Source: Vicugna vicugna | Taxonomy: Eukaryota | Length of the DNA stretch: 20,000 nt | Assembly: GCA_013265495.1 (NCBI GenBank) | Contig: MU058017.1 | Coordinates: 360,044-380,043 of the forward strand | Reading direction: 5' to 3' | Shown: piece by piece, positions 19,301 through 20,000 of the stretch | How positions within the stretch are numbered: position 1 is the first letter of the stretch | How the letters are laid out: each line of letters starts with the position of its first letter | Made by a program: the position numbers and the translations under genes | Notes under the pieces: model-generated | The model's database searches: none | Told to the model about the DNA's origin: nothing | Seen by the model: the letters and a program-made list of their open reading frames with translations, nothing else

Positions 19301-19983
19301 TCTCAAGTTCTCTGGCTTCACACACGAACCACTTCCCTTGTCTGAATGCCCCTGGGGTAGGTGCAGGGGAGGTCAGCCCTTGTGTGTGATGAGTGCCTTC
19401 TCCAAGGCCCGCACCCTGGTGGAGACAATCTCAGGCAGAGGGCCGGAGCTGAGGCCCAGGTAATCCAAATTCAGCTCCACTTGCCCATGGGTGATTCCTG
19501 GCCCCACCGTCTCCCCAATTGTCCTACCTGGGGATGATTTGAGGCTGATATTCAAACAAGTTTGTACTTGCCTAGCTACCATGAGGAATGGGCAGGATGG
19601 CCAGAGTGGTCTGGCCAAGAATGGAAAGGTATAGTCACCCACCAGAGGTTCTGGAAGGAAGAAGAGGTAGGAGCAGAGTTGCCAATGGGATACGAGAAGC
19701 ATGAAACCTGATATCCAGGGCTCTCCCTCTATACCCCAGCAGATCAGGGGACCAAAGTCTTCCTGGCTCCTAAAGCTTTTGGAGGGTCCCCTAGGGCTTC
19801 AAGGAGCCAGGCCAGAGATAGAGAAGTGAGGGCCAGCCCTGCTCCTCTCAGCCTCTCCTCCCTGCCAACTCCCAACCTGGCCTCCAGCCCCTCCCTGCAT
19901 CTCATCTTCCTGGCTTAATTATTTTTCCTGGGAGCCATGTAATCCCTGTTTTATGGGGCTGAGGAGTGAAGAGGTCTAACTGC

Positions 19984-20000
19984 TTTTTTTTTTTTTTTTG
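19984..20000. repeat. Poly(T) run, possibly the tail of a minus-strand retroposon continuing past the window
   Basis: 16 T followed by g at the window edge. Confidence 0.5.

Noticed and set aside
19373..19702. 109-aa minus-strand ORF
   Set aside because: No recognisable family; longer ORFs are expected by chance in GC-richer DNA

Overview
AT-rich mammalian non-coding DNA (intronic or intergenic), probably camelid. The species call rests on two tRNA-Ala(AGC)-derived SINEs resembling Vic-1. A large share of the window is interspersed repeats: a young 5'-truncated LINE-1 with a perfect 19-bp TSD (7646-8657), two minus-strand L1 3' fragments, a nested old L1ME-like / younger L1 / MLT1 LTR cluster (10200-12265), a MER5-like DNA transposon remnant, an L3/CR1 remnant and many MIR and L2 fragments. 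I recognise no cellular protein-coding gene; the only ORFs with recognisable homology are L1 ORF2 remnants. The best leads are a probable L1 3' transduction (4739-5037), a 32-nt minus-strand micro-exon candidate (800-831), a possible first exon (13309-13371), excess AP-1 motifs and several near-perfect palindromes. I see no convincing evidence of a new biological system. Repeat names come from recalled consensus sequences, and old-repeat boundaries are approximate.
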